This document shows positions 46,153 to 57,410 of a stretch of DNA of 64,000 nucleotides, piece by piece (positions within the stretch are counted from its first letter, which is position 1; each line of letters begins with the position of its first letter). The stretch comes from Rebecca billardiae RCC1528 (taxonomy: Eukaryota; Protista; Haptophyta). The notes below the pieces were generated by a model that was not told the DNA's origin, did not search any database, and worked only from the letters and a program-made list of their open reading frames with translations. Both the position numbers and the translations under genes were made by a program. Where the stretch lies: assembly GCA_965240325.2 (NCBI GenBank), contig OZ251239.1, positions 310,001 to 374,000 on the forward strand, in the 5' to 3' direction.

Positions 46153-48900
46153 GGGATGGTGCCACGGCGGGCGGCGGCGGTCGACGCAGCTGTCAGCTCG
46201 GCGGTGCGCGCCCGAGGGGCCTAGGCGACGAACGCGCCGAGCGCGGTGTGGCTGCTCGCTTCGCCCAGCGCGCGCGAGCCGCTGCCATCGGGTGCCGCTG
46301 CGCCCGCGCCCAGCGCGGGCAGCAGCAGCTGTACTCAACTCCTCGCCGAGTGCGGCGGCAGCAGCAGGGATGGTGCCACGGCGGGCGGCGGCGGTCGCTG
46401 CAGCTGGCAGCTCGGTGGTGCGCGCCCGAGGAGCCTGGGCGCTGGGCGCACCGAGCGCGGTGACGCTGCTCGCCTCGCCCAGCGCGCTGGAGCCGCTGCC
46501 ACCGGGCGCCGCTGCGCCCGCGCCCAGCCGGGGCAGCAGCAGCTGCGCTCGACTCCGCGCCGAGTGCGGCGGCAGCAGCGGGGATGGTGCCACGGCGGGC
46601 GGCGGCGGTCGCTGGAGCTGGCAGCTCGGTGGTGCCTGCCCGATGGGCCTGGGCGCTGGGCGCACCGAGCGCGGTGACGCTGCTCGCCTCGCCCAACGCG
46701 CTCGAGCCGCTGCCATCGGGCGCTGCGCTGCCCGCGCCCAGCTTGGGCAGCAGCAGCTGCGCTCGACTCCGCGCCGAGTGCGGCGGCAGCAGCGGGGATG
46801 GTGCCACGGCGGGCGGCGGCGGTCGCTGCAGCTGGCAGCTCGGTGGTGCCTGCCCGATGGGCCTGGGCGCTGGGCGCACCGAGCGCGGTGACGCTGCTCG
46901 CCTCGCCCAACGCGCTGGAGCCGCTGCCATCGGGCGCTGCGCTGCCCGCGCCCAGCTTGGGCAGCAGCAGCTGCGCTCGACTCCGCGCCGAGTGCGGCGG
47001 CAGCAGCAGGGATGGTGACACGGCGGGCGGCGGCGGTCGCTGGAGCTGGCAGCTCGGTGGTGTGCGCCCGAGGAGCCTGGGCGCTGGGCGCACCGAGCGC
47101 GGTGACGCTGCTCGCCTCGCCCAGCGCGCTGGAGCCGCTGCCATCGGGCGCTGCTGCGCCCGCGCCCAGCTTGGGCAGCAGCAGCTGCGCTCGACTCCGC
47201 GCCGAGTGCGGCGGCAGCAGCGGGGATGGTGCCACGGCGGGCTGTGGCAGGTGCTGGAGCTGGCAGCTCGGTGGTGCGCGCCCGAGGAGCCTGGGCGCTG
47301 GGCGCACCGAGCGCGGTGACGCTGCTCGCCTCGCCCAGCGCGCTCGAGCCGCTGCCATCGGGCGCTGCTGCGCCCGCGCCCAGCCGGGGCAGCAGCAGCT
47401 GCGCTCGACTCCGCGCCGCGTGCGGCGGCAGCAGCAGGGATGGTGCCACGGCGGGCGGTGGCGGTCGCTGGAGCTGGCAGCTCGGTGGTGCGCGCCCGAG
47501 GAGCCTGGGCGCTGGGCGCACCGAGCGCGGTGACGCTGCTCGCCTCGCCCAACGCGCTGGAGCCGCTGCCATCGGGCGCGGCTGCGCCCGCGCCCAGCTT
47601 GGGCAGCAGCAGCTGCGCTCGACTCCGCGCCGAGTGCGGCGGTAGCAGCAGGGATGGTGCCACGGCGGGCGGCGGCGGTCGCTGGAGCTGGCAGCTCGGT
47701 GGTGCGCGCCCGAGGAGCCTGGGCGCTGGGCGCACCGAGCGCGGTGACGCTGCTCGCCTCGCCCAGCGCGCTCGAGCCGCTGCCACCGGGCGCGGCTGCG
47801 CCCGCGCCCAGCTTGGGCAGCAGCAGCTGCGCTCGACTCCGCGCCGAGTGCGGCGGCAGCAGCAGGGATGGTGCCACGGCGGGCGGCGGCGGTCGCTGGA
47901 GCTGGCAGCTCGGTGGTGCGCGCCCGAGGAGCCTGGGCGCTGGGCGCACCGAGCGCGGTGACGCTGCTCGCCTCGCCCAACGCGCTGGAGCCGCTGCCAT
48001 CGGGCGCTGCTGCGCCCGCGCCCAGCCGGGGCAGCAGCAGCTGCGCTCGACTCCGCGCCGCGTGCGGCGGCAGCAGCAGGGATGGTGCCACGGCGGGCGG
48101 CGGCGGTCGCTGCAGCTGAAAGCTCGTTGGTGCCTGCCCGATGGGCCTGGGCGCTGGGCGCACCGAGCGCGGTGACGCTGCTCGCCTCGCCCAGCGCGCT
48201 CGAGCCGCTGTCACCAGGCGCCGCTGCGCCCGCGCCCAGCCGGGGCAGCAGCAGCTGCGCTCGACTCCGCGCCGCGTGCGGCGGCAGCAGCAGGGATGGT
48301 GCCACGGCGGGCGGCGGCGGTCGCTGCAGCTGAAAGCTCGTTGGTGCCTGCCCGATGGGCCTGGGCGCTGGGCGCACCGAGCGCGGTGACGCTGCTCGCC
48401 TCGCCCAGCGCGCTCGAGCCGCTGTCACCAGGCGCTGCTGCGCCCGCGCCCAGCCGGGGCAGCTGCAGCTGCGCTCGACTCCGCGCCGAGTGCGGCGGCA
48501 GCAGCAGGGATGGTGCCACGGCGGGCTGTGGCAGTCGCTGGAGCTGGCAGCTCGGTGGTGCGCGCCCGAGGAGCCTGGGCGCTGGGCGCACCGAGCGCGG
48601 TGACGCTGCTCGCCTCGCCCAGCGCGCTCGAGCCGCTGCCATCGGGCGCTGCTGCGCCCGCGCCCAGCTTGGGCAGCAGCAGCTGCGCTCGACTCCGCGC
48701 CGAGTGCGGCGGCAGCAGCAGGGATGGTGACACGGCGGGCGGCGGCGGTCGCTGGAGCTGGCAGCTCGGTGGTGCGCGCCCGAGGAGCCTGGGCGCTGGG
48801 CGCACCGAGCGCGGTGACGCTGCTCGCCTCGCCCAGCGCGCTGGTGAGTCGCTGCCACCCGGCGCTGCGCTGTCTGCGCCCAGCCGGAGCAGCTGCAGCA
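46153..48900 (+). repeat. tandem array of 214-bp units (13 unit starts, innermost degenerate)
   Basis: the ATG in GGGATGGTG recurs every 214 bp from 46156 to 48724. Confidence 0.97.
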
Positions 48901-49734
48901 GCTCAGATCAGCACCGTCGCGACTGCTCGGTCGATGCGTATGATGAACTAGATGAGTGACCCGCTGACTCGCTGTCAGCAGTCGCAGCCTCGCAGCGCGG
49001 CCGGCCGCCGCGTTAACCCGCCGGTAAACGACCGCGCGCGGTCGGTTATTGCGGGGGCGGGGCAGCCGGTCAGAGCCGCGAGCCGAGCGGCTACTGAGTA
49101 CTGTGTCATCACCGTCCGGTCTCCGACTCCGGAGTCGCGTCCCGCCGTCCGATCGGGGATATTCGGGCGATCCGGTTACGCGGACCCGATCTCCGAGGAG
49201 TTGGTCATAATGTACTATATATATATGCAGCAGACCGACAACTGGTATAGAGGGCTCATGGCACTGCATGCGCAGCCGCAGCAGCTATATATATATATAT
49301 ATAATGCGCGCCGCTCGGTCATCGGAGCAGAGTGATGAATTCGTCTGGCGTCATCTGCGCTACTATACTTATTATAAATTCTTAGCTGCGCTCAAATTCG
49401 CGCCGTCATATTCGGAGCAGACTACGGTATTCGATGCTGATGATGATGCTGATGATGCCGATGTATCGCGCGACGACGATATAGCAGTCGTCCATATCCG
49501 CCAATACCGGCCGGGCTGTGCTCGGCACTCCGCGACTCGCGAGTCCGGATCACCTACGGGCACGGCACTACTCCAGCCCCGAGTACGACCACTGACTACG
49601 CCATCCGAGGCATCGGCACGGCTGGGCTGCTGCCTGCGGCCCGGCACAAGCGACTCGCTCATCTACTTCACACGCAGCGACCGAGCAGCAGTCGCAGTAA
49701 TCTGCTGAGCAGCAGCAGTTAATCACCAGCCTGC

Positions 49735-52523
49735 TGCTGCTGCTGCCTGCCACGACACGGCACGCGGCGTGGAGTCGAGCGCAGAGTCTGCAGCTGCCCG
49801 GGCGGTGCAGCAGCATCAGATGGCAGCGGCTCGAGCGCGGTGGGCGAGGCGAGCAGCGTCACCGCGCTCAGTGCGTCCACCGCCCAGGCCCCTGAAGCAC
49901 GAACCGCCGGGGTGTCAGCTCCAGCGACCGCCGCCGGCCGCCGTGGCACCATCCCCGCTGCTGCCGCCGCACGCGGTGGGAAGTCGAGCGCAGCTGCTGC
50001 TGCCCAAGCGGGGCGCAGGCGCAGCAGCATCGGATGGCAGCGGCTCCAGCGCGCTGCGGGAAGCGAGCGGCGTCACCGCGCTCGGTGCGCCAAATGCCTA
50101 GCCCCCTCGGGCGCGCACCGCCGGGCTTTGAGCTCCAGCGACCGCCGCCGCCAGACGTGGCACCATCCCTGCTGCTGCTGCCGCACGCGGCGCGGAGTTG
50201 AGCGCAGCTGCTGCTGCCCCGGCTGGGCGCGGGCGCAGCAGCGCCCGATGGCAGCGGCTCGAGCGCGCTGGGCGAGGCGAGCAGCGTCACCGCGCTCGGT
50301 GCGCCCAGCGCCCAGGCTCCTCGGGCGCGCACCACCGAGCTGCCAGCTCCAGCACCTGCCACAGCCCGCCGTGGCACCATCCCCGCTGCTGCCGCCGCAC
50401 TCGGCGCGGAGTCGAGCGCAGCTGCTGCTGCCCAAGCTGGGCGCGGGCGCAGCAGCGCCCGATGGCAGCGGCTCGAGCGCGCTGGGCGAGGCGAGCAGCG
50501 TCACCGCGCTCGGTGCGCCCAGCGCCCAGGCTCCTCGGGCGCGCACCACCGAGCTGCCAGCTCCAGCGACTGCCACAGCCCGCCGTGGCACCATCCCTGC
50601 TGCTGCCGCCGCACGCGGCGCGGAGTCGAGCGCAGCTGCTGCTGCCCAAGCTGGGCGCGGGCAGCGCAGCGCCCGATGGCAGCGGCTCCAGCGCGTTGGG
50701 CGAGGCGAGCAGTGTCACCGCGCTCGGTGCGCCCAGCGCCCAGGCCCATCGGGCAGGCACCAACGAGCTTTCAGCTGCAGCGACCGCCGCCGCCCGCCGT
50801 GGCACCATCCCTGCTGCTGCCGCCGCACGCGGCGCGGAGTCGAGCGCAGCTGCTGCTGCCCCGGCTGGGCGCGGGCGCAGCAGCGCCCGGTGGCAGCGGC
50901 TCGAGCGCGCTGGGCGAGGCGAGCAGCGTCACCGCGCTCGGTGCGCCCAGCGCCCAGGCTCCTCGGGCGCGCACCACCGAGCTGCCAGCTCCAGCGACCG
51001 CCGCCGCCCGCCGTGGCACCATCCCTGCTGCTACCGCCGCACTCGGCGCGGAGTCGAGCGCAGCTGCTGCTGCCCAAGCTGGGCGCGGGCAGCGCAGCGC
51101 CCGATGGCAGCGGCTCCAGCGCGTTGGGCGAGGCGAGCAGCGTCACCGCGCTCGGTGCGCCCAGCGCCCAGGCTCCTCGGGCGCGCACCACCGAGCTGCC
51201 AGCTCCAGCGACTGCCACCGCCAGACGTGGCACCATCCCTGCTGCTGCTGCCGCACGCGGCGCGGAGTTGAGCGCAGCTGCTGCTGCCCCGGCTGGGCGC
51301 GGGCGCAGCAGCGCCCGATGGCAGCGGCTCGAGCGCGCTGGGCGAGGCGAGCAGCGTCACCGCGCTCGGTGCGCCCAGCGCCCAGGCTCCTCGGGCGCGC
51401 ACCACCGAGCTGCCAGCTCCAGCACCTGCCACAGCCCGCCGTGGCACCATCCCCGCTGCTGCCGCCGCACTCGGCGCGGAGTCGAGCGCAGCTGCTGCTG
51501 CCCAAGCTGGGCGCGGGCGCAGCAGCGCCCGATGGCAGCGGCTCGAGCGCGCTGGGCGAGGCGAGCAGCGTCACCGCGCTCGGTGCGCCCAGCGCCCAGG
51601 CTCCTCGGGCGCACACCACCGAGCTGCCAGCTCCAGCGACCGCCGCAGCCCGCCGTGTCACCATCCCTGCTGCTGCCGCCGCACTCGGCGCGGAGTCGAG
51701 CGCAGCTGCTGCTGCCCAAGCTGGGCGCGGGCAGCGCAGCGCCCGATGGCAGCGGCTCGAGCGCGTTGGGCGAGGCGAGCAGCGTCACCGCGCTCGGTGC
51801 GCCCAGCGCCCAGGCCCATCGGGCAGGCACCACCGAGCTGCCAGCTCCAGCGACCGCCGCCGCCCGCCGTGGCACCATCCCTGCTGCTGCCGCCGCACTC
51901 GGCGCGGAGTCGAGCGCAGCTGCTGCTGCCCAAGCTGGGCGCGGGCAGCGCAGCGCCCGATGGCAGCGGCTCGAGCGCGTTGGGCGAGGCGAGCAGCGTC
52001 ACCGCGCTCGGTGCGCCCAGCGCCCAGGCCCCTCGGGCGCGCACCACCGAGCTGCCAGCTCCAGCGACCGCCGCCGCCCGCCGTGGCACCATCCCCGCTG
52101 CTGCCGCCGCACTCGGCGCGGAGTCGAGCGCAGCTGCTGCTGCCCCGGCTGGGCGCGGGCGCAGCGGCGCCCGGTGGCAGCGGCTCCAGCGCGCTGGGCG
52201 AGGCGAGCAGCGTCACCGCGCTCGGTGCGCCCAGCGCCCAGGCTCCTCGGGCGCGCACCACCGAGCTGCCAGCTGCAGCGACTGCCGCAGCCCGCCGTGG
52301 CACCATCCCTGCTGCTGCCGCCGCACTCGGCGAGGAGTTGAGTACAGCTGCTGCTGCCCGCGCTGGGCGCGGGCGCAGCGGCACCCGATGGCAGCGGCTC
52401 GCGCGCGCTGGGCGAAGCGAGCAGCCACACCGCGCTCGGCGCGTTCGTCGCCTAGGCCCCTCGGGCGCGCACCGCCGAGCTGACAGCTGCGTCGACCGCC
52501 GCCGCCCGCCGTGGCACCATCCC
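49735..52523 (-). repeat. mirror tandem array of 214-bp units (13 unit starts)
   Basis: CACCAT ends every 214 bp from 49952 to 52520. Confidence 0.97.
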
Positions 52524-53541
52524 TGCAGCTGTGTGGCCGCATGAGCAGCGTGGAGTTGAGTACCGCCGCTGTTGGCGCGGGTGCTTGAAGCAGCACCGGA
52601 TGGTTGGTCCTGCACGCCTGAGCACAGTTATGCACCAACTGCTCTCCTGGATGCGTTGAGAGACCAGGGCTCACCATCCGTGATCCGTGCTCAGCCTCTC
52701 AGCCTCGCTGAGCAGAGCAGCACCTCACCCGCTCGCAGCTGCGGCGGTGCCGTCTCCGCTTGCTGTCCGACAGCAAGTAGAGGACAGCATGCCAGCACCA
52801 GTGGGCACCGCCGATGCGTGTTCGGTGCCTGTGAGTATTCGCCTTAGCTCGGCCGCCACTGCATGGTGGGCGATGATGAGGTGAGTGCCAGCACAGGTCA
52901 CGGCCGCGAGCAAGGGTGATGTGCACCGGTGTGGAGGCATGTACGAACGTACCGGTGGCCCCTGCTGCTTGCCGGCCTTGCCCCCTCCTTCTCGACCTTG
53001 GTTGCCTTCTCAACGCGCTGCTCCCACGCATGAGCTCTGCGACGCCGTCGGCCCTGCCCACCGGCGGCCCGCAGGCGGTGACGCCCCGCCTGGGCTGTGG
53101 ACAGCTGCCCTGTTGCCCCATGCTGAGCCAAGTTGCAGCCGGCCGCAGTGCGTCCCCGTGCACACGCAAACTGGGCGATTCGGCCCAGTTTGCGATGGCA
53201 CGGCCGCAGTGGGCGCGTGCCATCTGAAACTGAGGCTTTTCCCCAGTTTACTGACCCGCGAAGCCCCCCACTGTGCCATCGCAAACTGGGCCAAAAGCCC
53301 CAGTTTCAGCTGGCATCCGCCACTGCAGAGCGCCAAACCTGGCTGAGTATCTCGCCTGCCTGAGCTGTGTGCATGCGTCTCTTGTTCTTAGTAAACTGTA
53401 TTCGGTGAGTCGGTGACAACCAAATAACGTCGCGGAGATTCATACAGCAAGGGTGGCATACAGTATATTCCCAAAGTTCCTGTTCGATCAGGCCATCAGG
53501 GTTCGCGATGGGTGGTCTCAGGCCACGGCTGACTCAAAGAG

Positions 53542-55497
53542 ATGATGCGCGATCGATGGCCGTCCTCCCCCGCCCCGGCGGCGCTCGTGCTAGTGCTGCT
53601 GGCGACGGGCGCGCGGTGCGCGGCTCGCGGTGAGGAGGTGTGGTTCGACAGCCCCGTCGACCACTTCGACGCCGTCGCCAACGCCACTTTCCGCCAGCGC
53701 TGCCTGGTTGACGCGGCCGCACTCGGCCCGCGCGCCTCGGCGCCGCTCTTCCTGTACACGGGGAACGAGGGGCCGATCGAGGAGTTCGCGTCGAACGCCG
53801 GCTTCGTGTACGAGCTCGCCGCGCGTGCTGAGTTCCGCGCGCTCGTTGCCTTCTGCGAGCACCGCTACTACGGCAAGTCGCTGCCATTTGGCCGAGCCTC
53901 GTTTGCGCGCGAGCGCATCGGCAAGCTCTCCGTCGAGCAGGCGCTGGCGGACTTTGCGCTGCTCGTGCCGAAGCTCAAGCGCGCGCATGGCCTGCCAGAG
54001 CACGCGCCCGTCGTCGCATTCGGCGGCTCGTACGGCGGCATGCTCGCCGCGTGGCTGCGCCTCAAGTACCCCGCGGCCGTCGACGGCGCGATGGCCGCCT
54101 CTGCGCCGCTCGCGCTGCCAGTGGGGGCGCGCGCCAAGCCGGGCTTCTACGAGGCGGTGGGCGCAGACCTGCGCGGCGCCGACGGTGCGTGCCCGGTGCG
54201 CGTGCGCGCTGCCTTCGCCGAGCTCGGCCGCCTCTCGCGCGGCGACATGTGCGCGCGCGCAGAGCTCGGGCGCGCGCTCGGCCTTTGCGCGCCGCCGGAC
54301 GGCAGCGCCGCCTCAGCCGAGCTGCTACAGCTGTGGGCGCGCAACGCATTCGTCGTGCTCGCGATGTGCGACTACCCGTACCCGAGCAGCTTCCTCGCGC
54401 CGCTTCCCGCGTGGCCGATCGACGCCGCGTGCGCGGCGCTCGCGCGCGCCCCGTCGCCGCTGCTCGGCCTGCGCGGCGTACTGGAGCTTGCTTACGGCGG
54501 CGGTGGCGGCGGCACCGGCGGCGGCACCGGCGGCGGCACCGGCGGCGGCATCGGCGGCGGCATCGGCGACGACGGCTCGCACACCGCTGGCGCTGCTGCA
54601 CTCGCCGCTGGCGCGTGCGCTGATGCGCGCGCGAGTGCGCGTGCTGCTGTGCGCGCTGGCGGCGTGGGCGATGACGCGGGCAAGGGCGTGGCGGAAAGCT
54701 GGGCGGCGCTTGGCGCGCACGCGCGGGCGCACAGCACGGCGCGCACGGCACGCGCCGCGCGCAGGGCGGGCACGCGAGGCGCGGCTCCGCGCTGCCACGC
54801 GCCCGCCGCCGAGTACCGACCCTGCGCCGACCAGACTGGCTGCGGCGATGGCGACGCCGCGCTGGCGTGGGACTACCAGGTCTGCTCGGAGATGGCGCTC
54901 CTCGTCTCAACCGACAACGTAACCGACCCGTTCCCGCCGCGCCGGTGGGGTCTGGCTGAGCTGCGGGAGTACTGCCAGGCGACGTGGGGCGTCGCGCCGC
55001 GGCCGGAGTGGGCGCGCGTGGCGTTCGGCGGCACTCCGGAGGAGCCGGGCCGAGGCTTTGCGCGCGGGGGCAGCAACATCGCCTTCTCGAACGGGCTGCT
55101 TGACCCGTGCGCGCGCGCGCGCGCGTTCGCCACACCTTGTGCGAAATGGCTGGGCGACTGGGCTGGCCCAAGGCTGCCCGCCCCGCGCGCTGAGGCCGAG
55201 TGCGCGCGCGGCGCCCTCCGCCCCTGGCGTGTCCGCGCGCGCCTTGGCAGGTGGCACGGCGGCGGCTTCCTCAAGGGCCTCGGGCCGAGCATGCCGGCGG
55301 TGCTGCTGCCGCACGGTGCTCACCACCTCGACCTGCGCGCCGCGCACCCAGCCGACCCACCGAGCACGCGCGCGGCGCGTGAGAAGGAGCTTGGCCTCGT
55401 GCGGGCGTGGGTGCGCGAGGCGCGCGCGCGCGCGGCGCAGCCGCAGGCAGACGGCGGGCCAGGGCCGAGCGGAGCGGCGGCGACCCTCGCGGCGTGA
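53542..55497 (+). CDS. S28 serine peptidase (lysosomal Pro-X carboxypeptidase/DPP7-like); intron 55107-55250
   Basis: VDHF, YTGNEG, EHRYYGKS, GGSYGG, NGLLDP|WHGG after splicing, AHHLDLR; signal peptide. Confidence 0.93.
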   Translation: MMRDRWPSSPAPAALVLVLLATGARCAARGEEVWFDSPVDHFDAVANATFRQRCLVDAAALGPRASAPLFLYTGNEGPIEEFASNAGFVYELAARAEFRALVAFCEHRYYGKSLPFGRASFARERIGKLSVEQALADFALLVPKLKRAHGLPEHAPVVAFGGSYGGMLAAWLRLKYPAAVDGAMAASAPLALPVGARAKPGFYEAVGADLRGADGACPVRVRAAFAELGRLSRGDMCARAELGRALGLCAPPDGSAASAELLQLWARNAFVVLAMCDYPYPSSFLAPLPAWPIDAACAALARAPSPLLGLRGVLELAYGGGGGGTGGGTGGGTGGGIGGGIGDDGSHTAGAAALAAGACADARASARAAVRAGGVGDDAGKGVAESWAALGAHARAHSTARTARAARRAGTRGAAPRCHAPAAEYRPCADQTGCGDGDAALAWDYQVCSEMALLVSTDNVTDPFPPRRWGLAELREYCQATWGVAPRPEWARVAFGGTPEEPGRGFARGGSNIAFSNGLLDPCARARAFATPCAKWLGDWAGPRLPAPRAEAECARGALRPWRVRARLGRWHGGGFLKGLGPSMPAVLLPHGAHHLDLRAAHPADPPSTRAAREKELGLVRAWVREARARAAQPQADGGPGPSGAAATLAA

Positions 55498-55901
55498 GGG
55501 CCAGCGGTTGTACGGTGTCCTCTGATACCAAGGCCAAGCTGCGACTGCTCTCAGACTTTTCCCGCGGGACATTTTCCGGCGGCATCACACCGTCGCTACT
55601 AGACCGGCGACGGCAGCGGCCAGCGGGGCAGGACGCGGCGCGGCATCAATATTGTATATATATATATATTCGGCTATCGTCGCGCGAGAACCGTAGATCA
55701 TATGTCGTCGACATGATGTGATCGACGGCTGATGACGCATCGTCGTCACGGCCACGCCCACTCGGCCACTCGGGGCGGCGGCGGAATTCGTCAGGCTGCG
55801 CCAATAGTCGACGAAGATATGCATGAGACGCCGGACTACTACGCAGGCGCCGTGCGCCGGCATGCCATGGCAGCGCCGACCGGAGGCCCCAAGCCTGCCG
55901 G

Positions 55902-57194
55902 CTACTCGTCCAGCCTCCCTGCGCCCACCACGGCGCCCTCCTCCGCGCCCGCACCGTCCGTCGGCGCGCTCGCCGCGAGCGCGAGCGCAGCCGCGACCAC
56001 GGCAGCGCCGCCCGCCTCCTGCGTGGTGAGCGTCTCGCCGAGCAGGGCGTACGCGCACAGCGCCGACCAGAGCGGCTGCGTGGTGTACACCAGGTTGGCG
56101 TCGGTCGCGCTGATCGGCCCGCCCTGCCCGTACGACTGCGCCCAGATCGTGTACGCACACGTGACGGCGCCGCACCACGCCGCGCTGCCGCCAAGTCGCA
56201 GCAGCGCGTCAGGCGGCAGGCTCGGCAGCTCGGCGGCAAAGGCGCGCGTGGCCACGGCGAGCTCACTGCCCGGGAGCAAGAAGAGCGCGGCGCCAAGCGC
56301 GGCGCTACCTAGCACCAGCTCGCTCAGCGCCTTGCGCACGGCGAGCGTGATCGGCGGCAGCGCGGGCGCGAGCGCGCTCAGCCGCAGCACGTGTGCGCTG
56401 TAGATCGCGGCGGCGCCGAGGACAAGGAGGTCACCGCTGCTCAGCAGGCTGCTGCCCGCCCATGCGGCAGCGTTGGCGGCGGCGGCGGGGTGCTCCTGCG
56501 CGGAGGACATGAGCACCACGCCGCCGAACGCGAGCGCGCACGCCGCCCACGTGCGCGCGGGCAGCTTGCCCAGCCCGCCGCTGAGCGCCGCCTGTCCGAG
56601 CGGCACGAGCAGCGTCGTCGTCTGCACGAGGAAGGCCGCACGGTCGGTCGGTACGGACTGCAGCCCGCGCACCTGCAGCTGGTTGGCGACGAAGAGGTAG
56701 CCGCCGAGCTCGAGGCCCGCGAGCCACGCCTTTGCGCCGCCAGCCCAGCCCGCCGCGTTCGCCGCCTCCGATGGCTGCGGCGGCGGCTGCGGTGGCGGCG
56801 CGCTTGCAAGAGCTGCGACAAGCAGGCAGCCGCTCGCGACGACATACTGGCCGAGCGCGATGAGGAGGCCGGGGACGGGCGGGTCGGTCGCCGCGGCGTA
56901 CGCAATCTTGACCGCCGGCGCGTACGTGCCCCACGCCATGGGCACGCTCACCAGCACGGCCAGCCGTGCAGCGCGCGAGCCGTCGAGGGGCGGCGGCGTG
57001 AGCAACGGCGCTCTCTCGTCCTCCGCATCGCTGCCGGCGTCGATCGAGGCGCGAGGCGCCAGCGCGCGTGCGCGCGGCGTCAAGCGTCTGATCGACAGCC
57101 CGCGGCATCCGCCGCCGCCGCCGGCTGCCTTGTGCGGCGCGCCGAGTTCGGCGGCGGCGAGCATCAGCACGAGCGTCAGCCCGTGCGGGCGCAT
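55902..57194 (-). CDS. EamA/DMT family transporter, probably plastid-targeted
   Basis: WGTYAP..K, AGLELGGYLF..LQVRGL..RAAFLVQTTTLLVP, AQSYGQ..ATDANLVYTTQPLWSA..LGE; signal peptide. Confidence 0.9.
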   Translation of the reverse strand: MRPHGLTLVLMLAAAELGAPHKAAGGGGGCRGLSIRRLTPRARALAPRASIDAGSDAEDERAPLLTPPPLDGSRAARLAVLVSVPMAWGTYAPAVKIAYAAATDPPVPGLLIALGQYVVASGCLLVAALASAPPPQPPPQPSEAANAAGWAGGAKAWLAGLELGGYLFVANQLQVRGLQSVPTDRAAFLVQTTTLLVPLGQAALSGGLGKLPARTWAACALAFGGVVLMSSAQEHPAAAANAAAWAGSSLLSSGDLLVLGAAAIYSAHVLRLSALAPALPPITLAVRKALSELVLGSAALGAALFLLPGSELAVATRAFAAELPSLPPDALLRLGGSAAWCGAVTCAYTIWAQSYGQGGPISATDANLVYTTQPLWSALCAYALLGETLTTQEAGGAAVVAAALALAASAPTDGAGAEEGAVVGAGRLDE

Positions 57195-57410
57195 GCTGAT
57201 GCCTCCGTGATGCGCTGCCGAAAAATCGCCCCCTCCGTCCTCCGGCGTGCAGCGACCGGACGCACAGGACGCACGCCACGACGAGGCCGACCGGCATCGT
57301 GGGTCCTGATCTCGAGCCGCTGCAGCGGTCCCGCCTCACGCCTGGGCCTTGTCCGCGCCAGCGACTTCCGCCGGAGGTTGGGCGGCGGCGGCGACGGCCA
57401 GCGGCGCGCG

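Larger units (their letters stand above)
45343..53345. mobile_element. 8-kb foldback-type inverted-repeat structure with internal satellite arrays
   Basis: 45348-46150 is the reverse complement of ~52525-53340; mirror tandem arrays inside; candidate 7-bp TSD AGTATCT at 45336-45342 and 53346-53352. Confidence 0.7.

Noticed and set aside
46153-52523. CRISPR array
   Set aside because: Units are contiguous 214-bp copies with no unique spacers, there are no cas genes, and the context is eukaryotic.
46132-52544. 600-830-aa ORFs across the 214-bp arrays
   Set aside because: The unit is not a multiple of 3, so the ORFs cycle through all frames. One strand is stop-free because of extreme GC, and the composition is not protein-like.
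45363-53325. hAT element starting at CAGTGGCGGA
   Set aside because: The 8-bp flanks are inverted (GCGCTCTG/CAGAGCGC), not direct, so the symmetry extends beyond this point. An internal hAT-derived end is not excluded.
56391-57410. Long N-terminal extension of DIM1
   Set aside because: It is antisense to the EamA gene; Dim1 conservation begins at MSYLLPHL.
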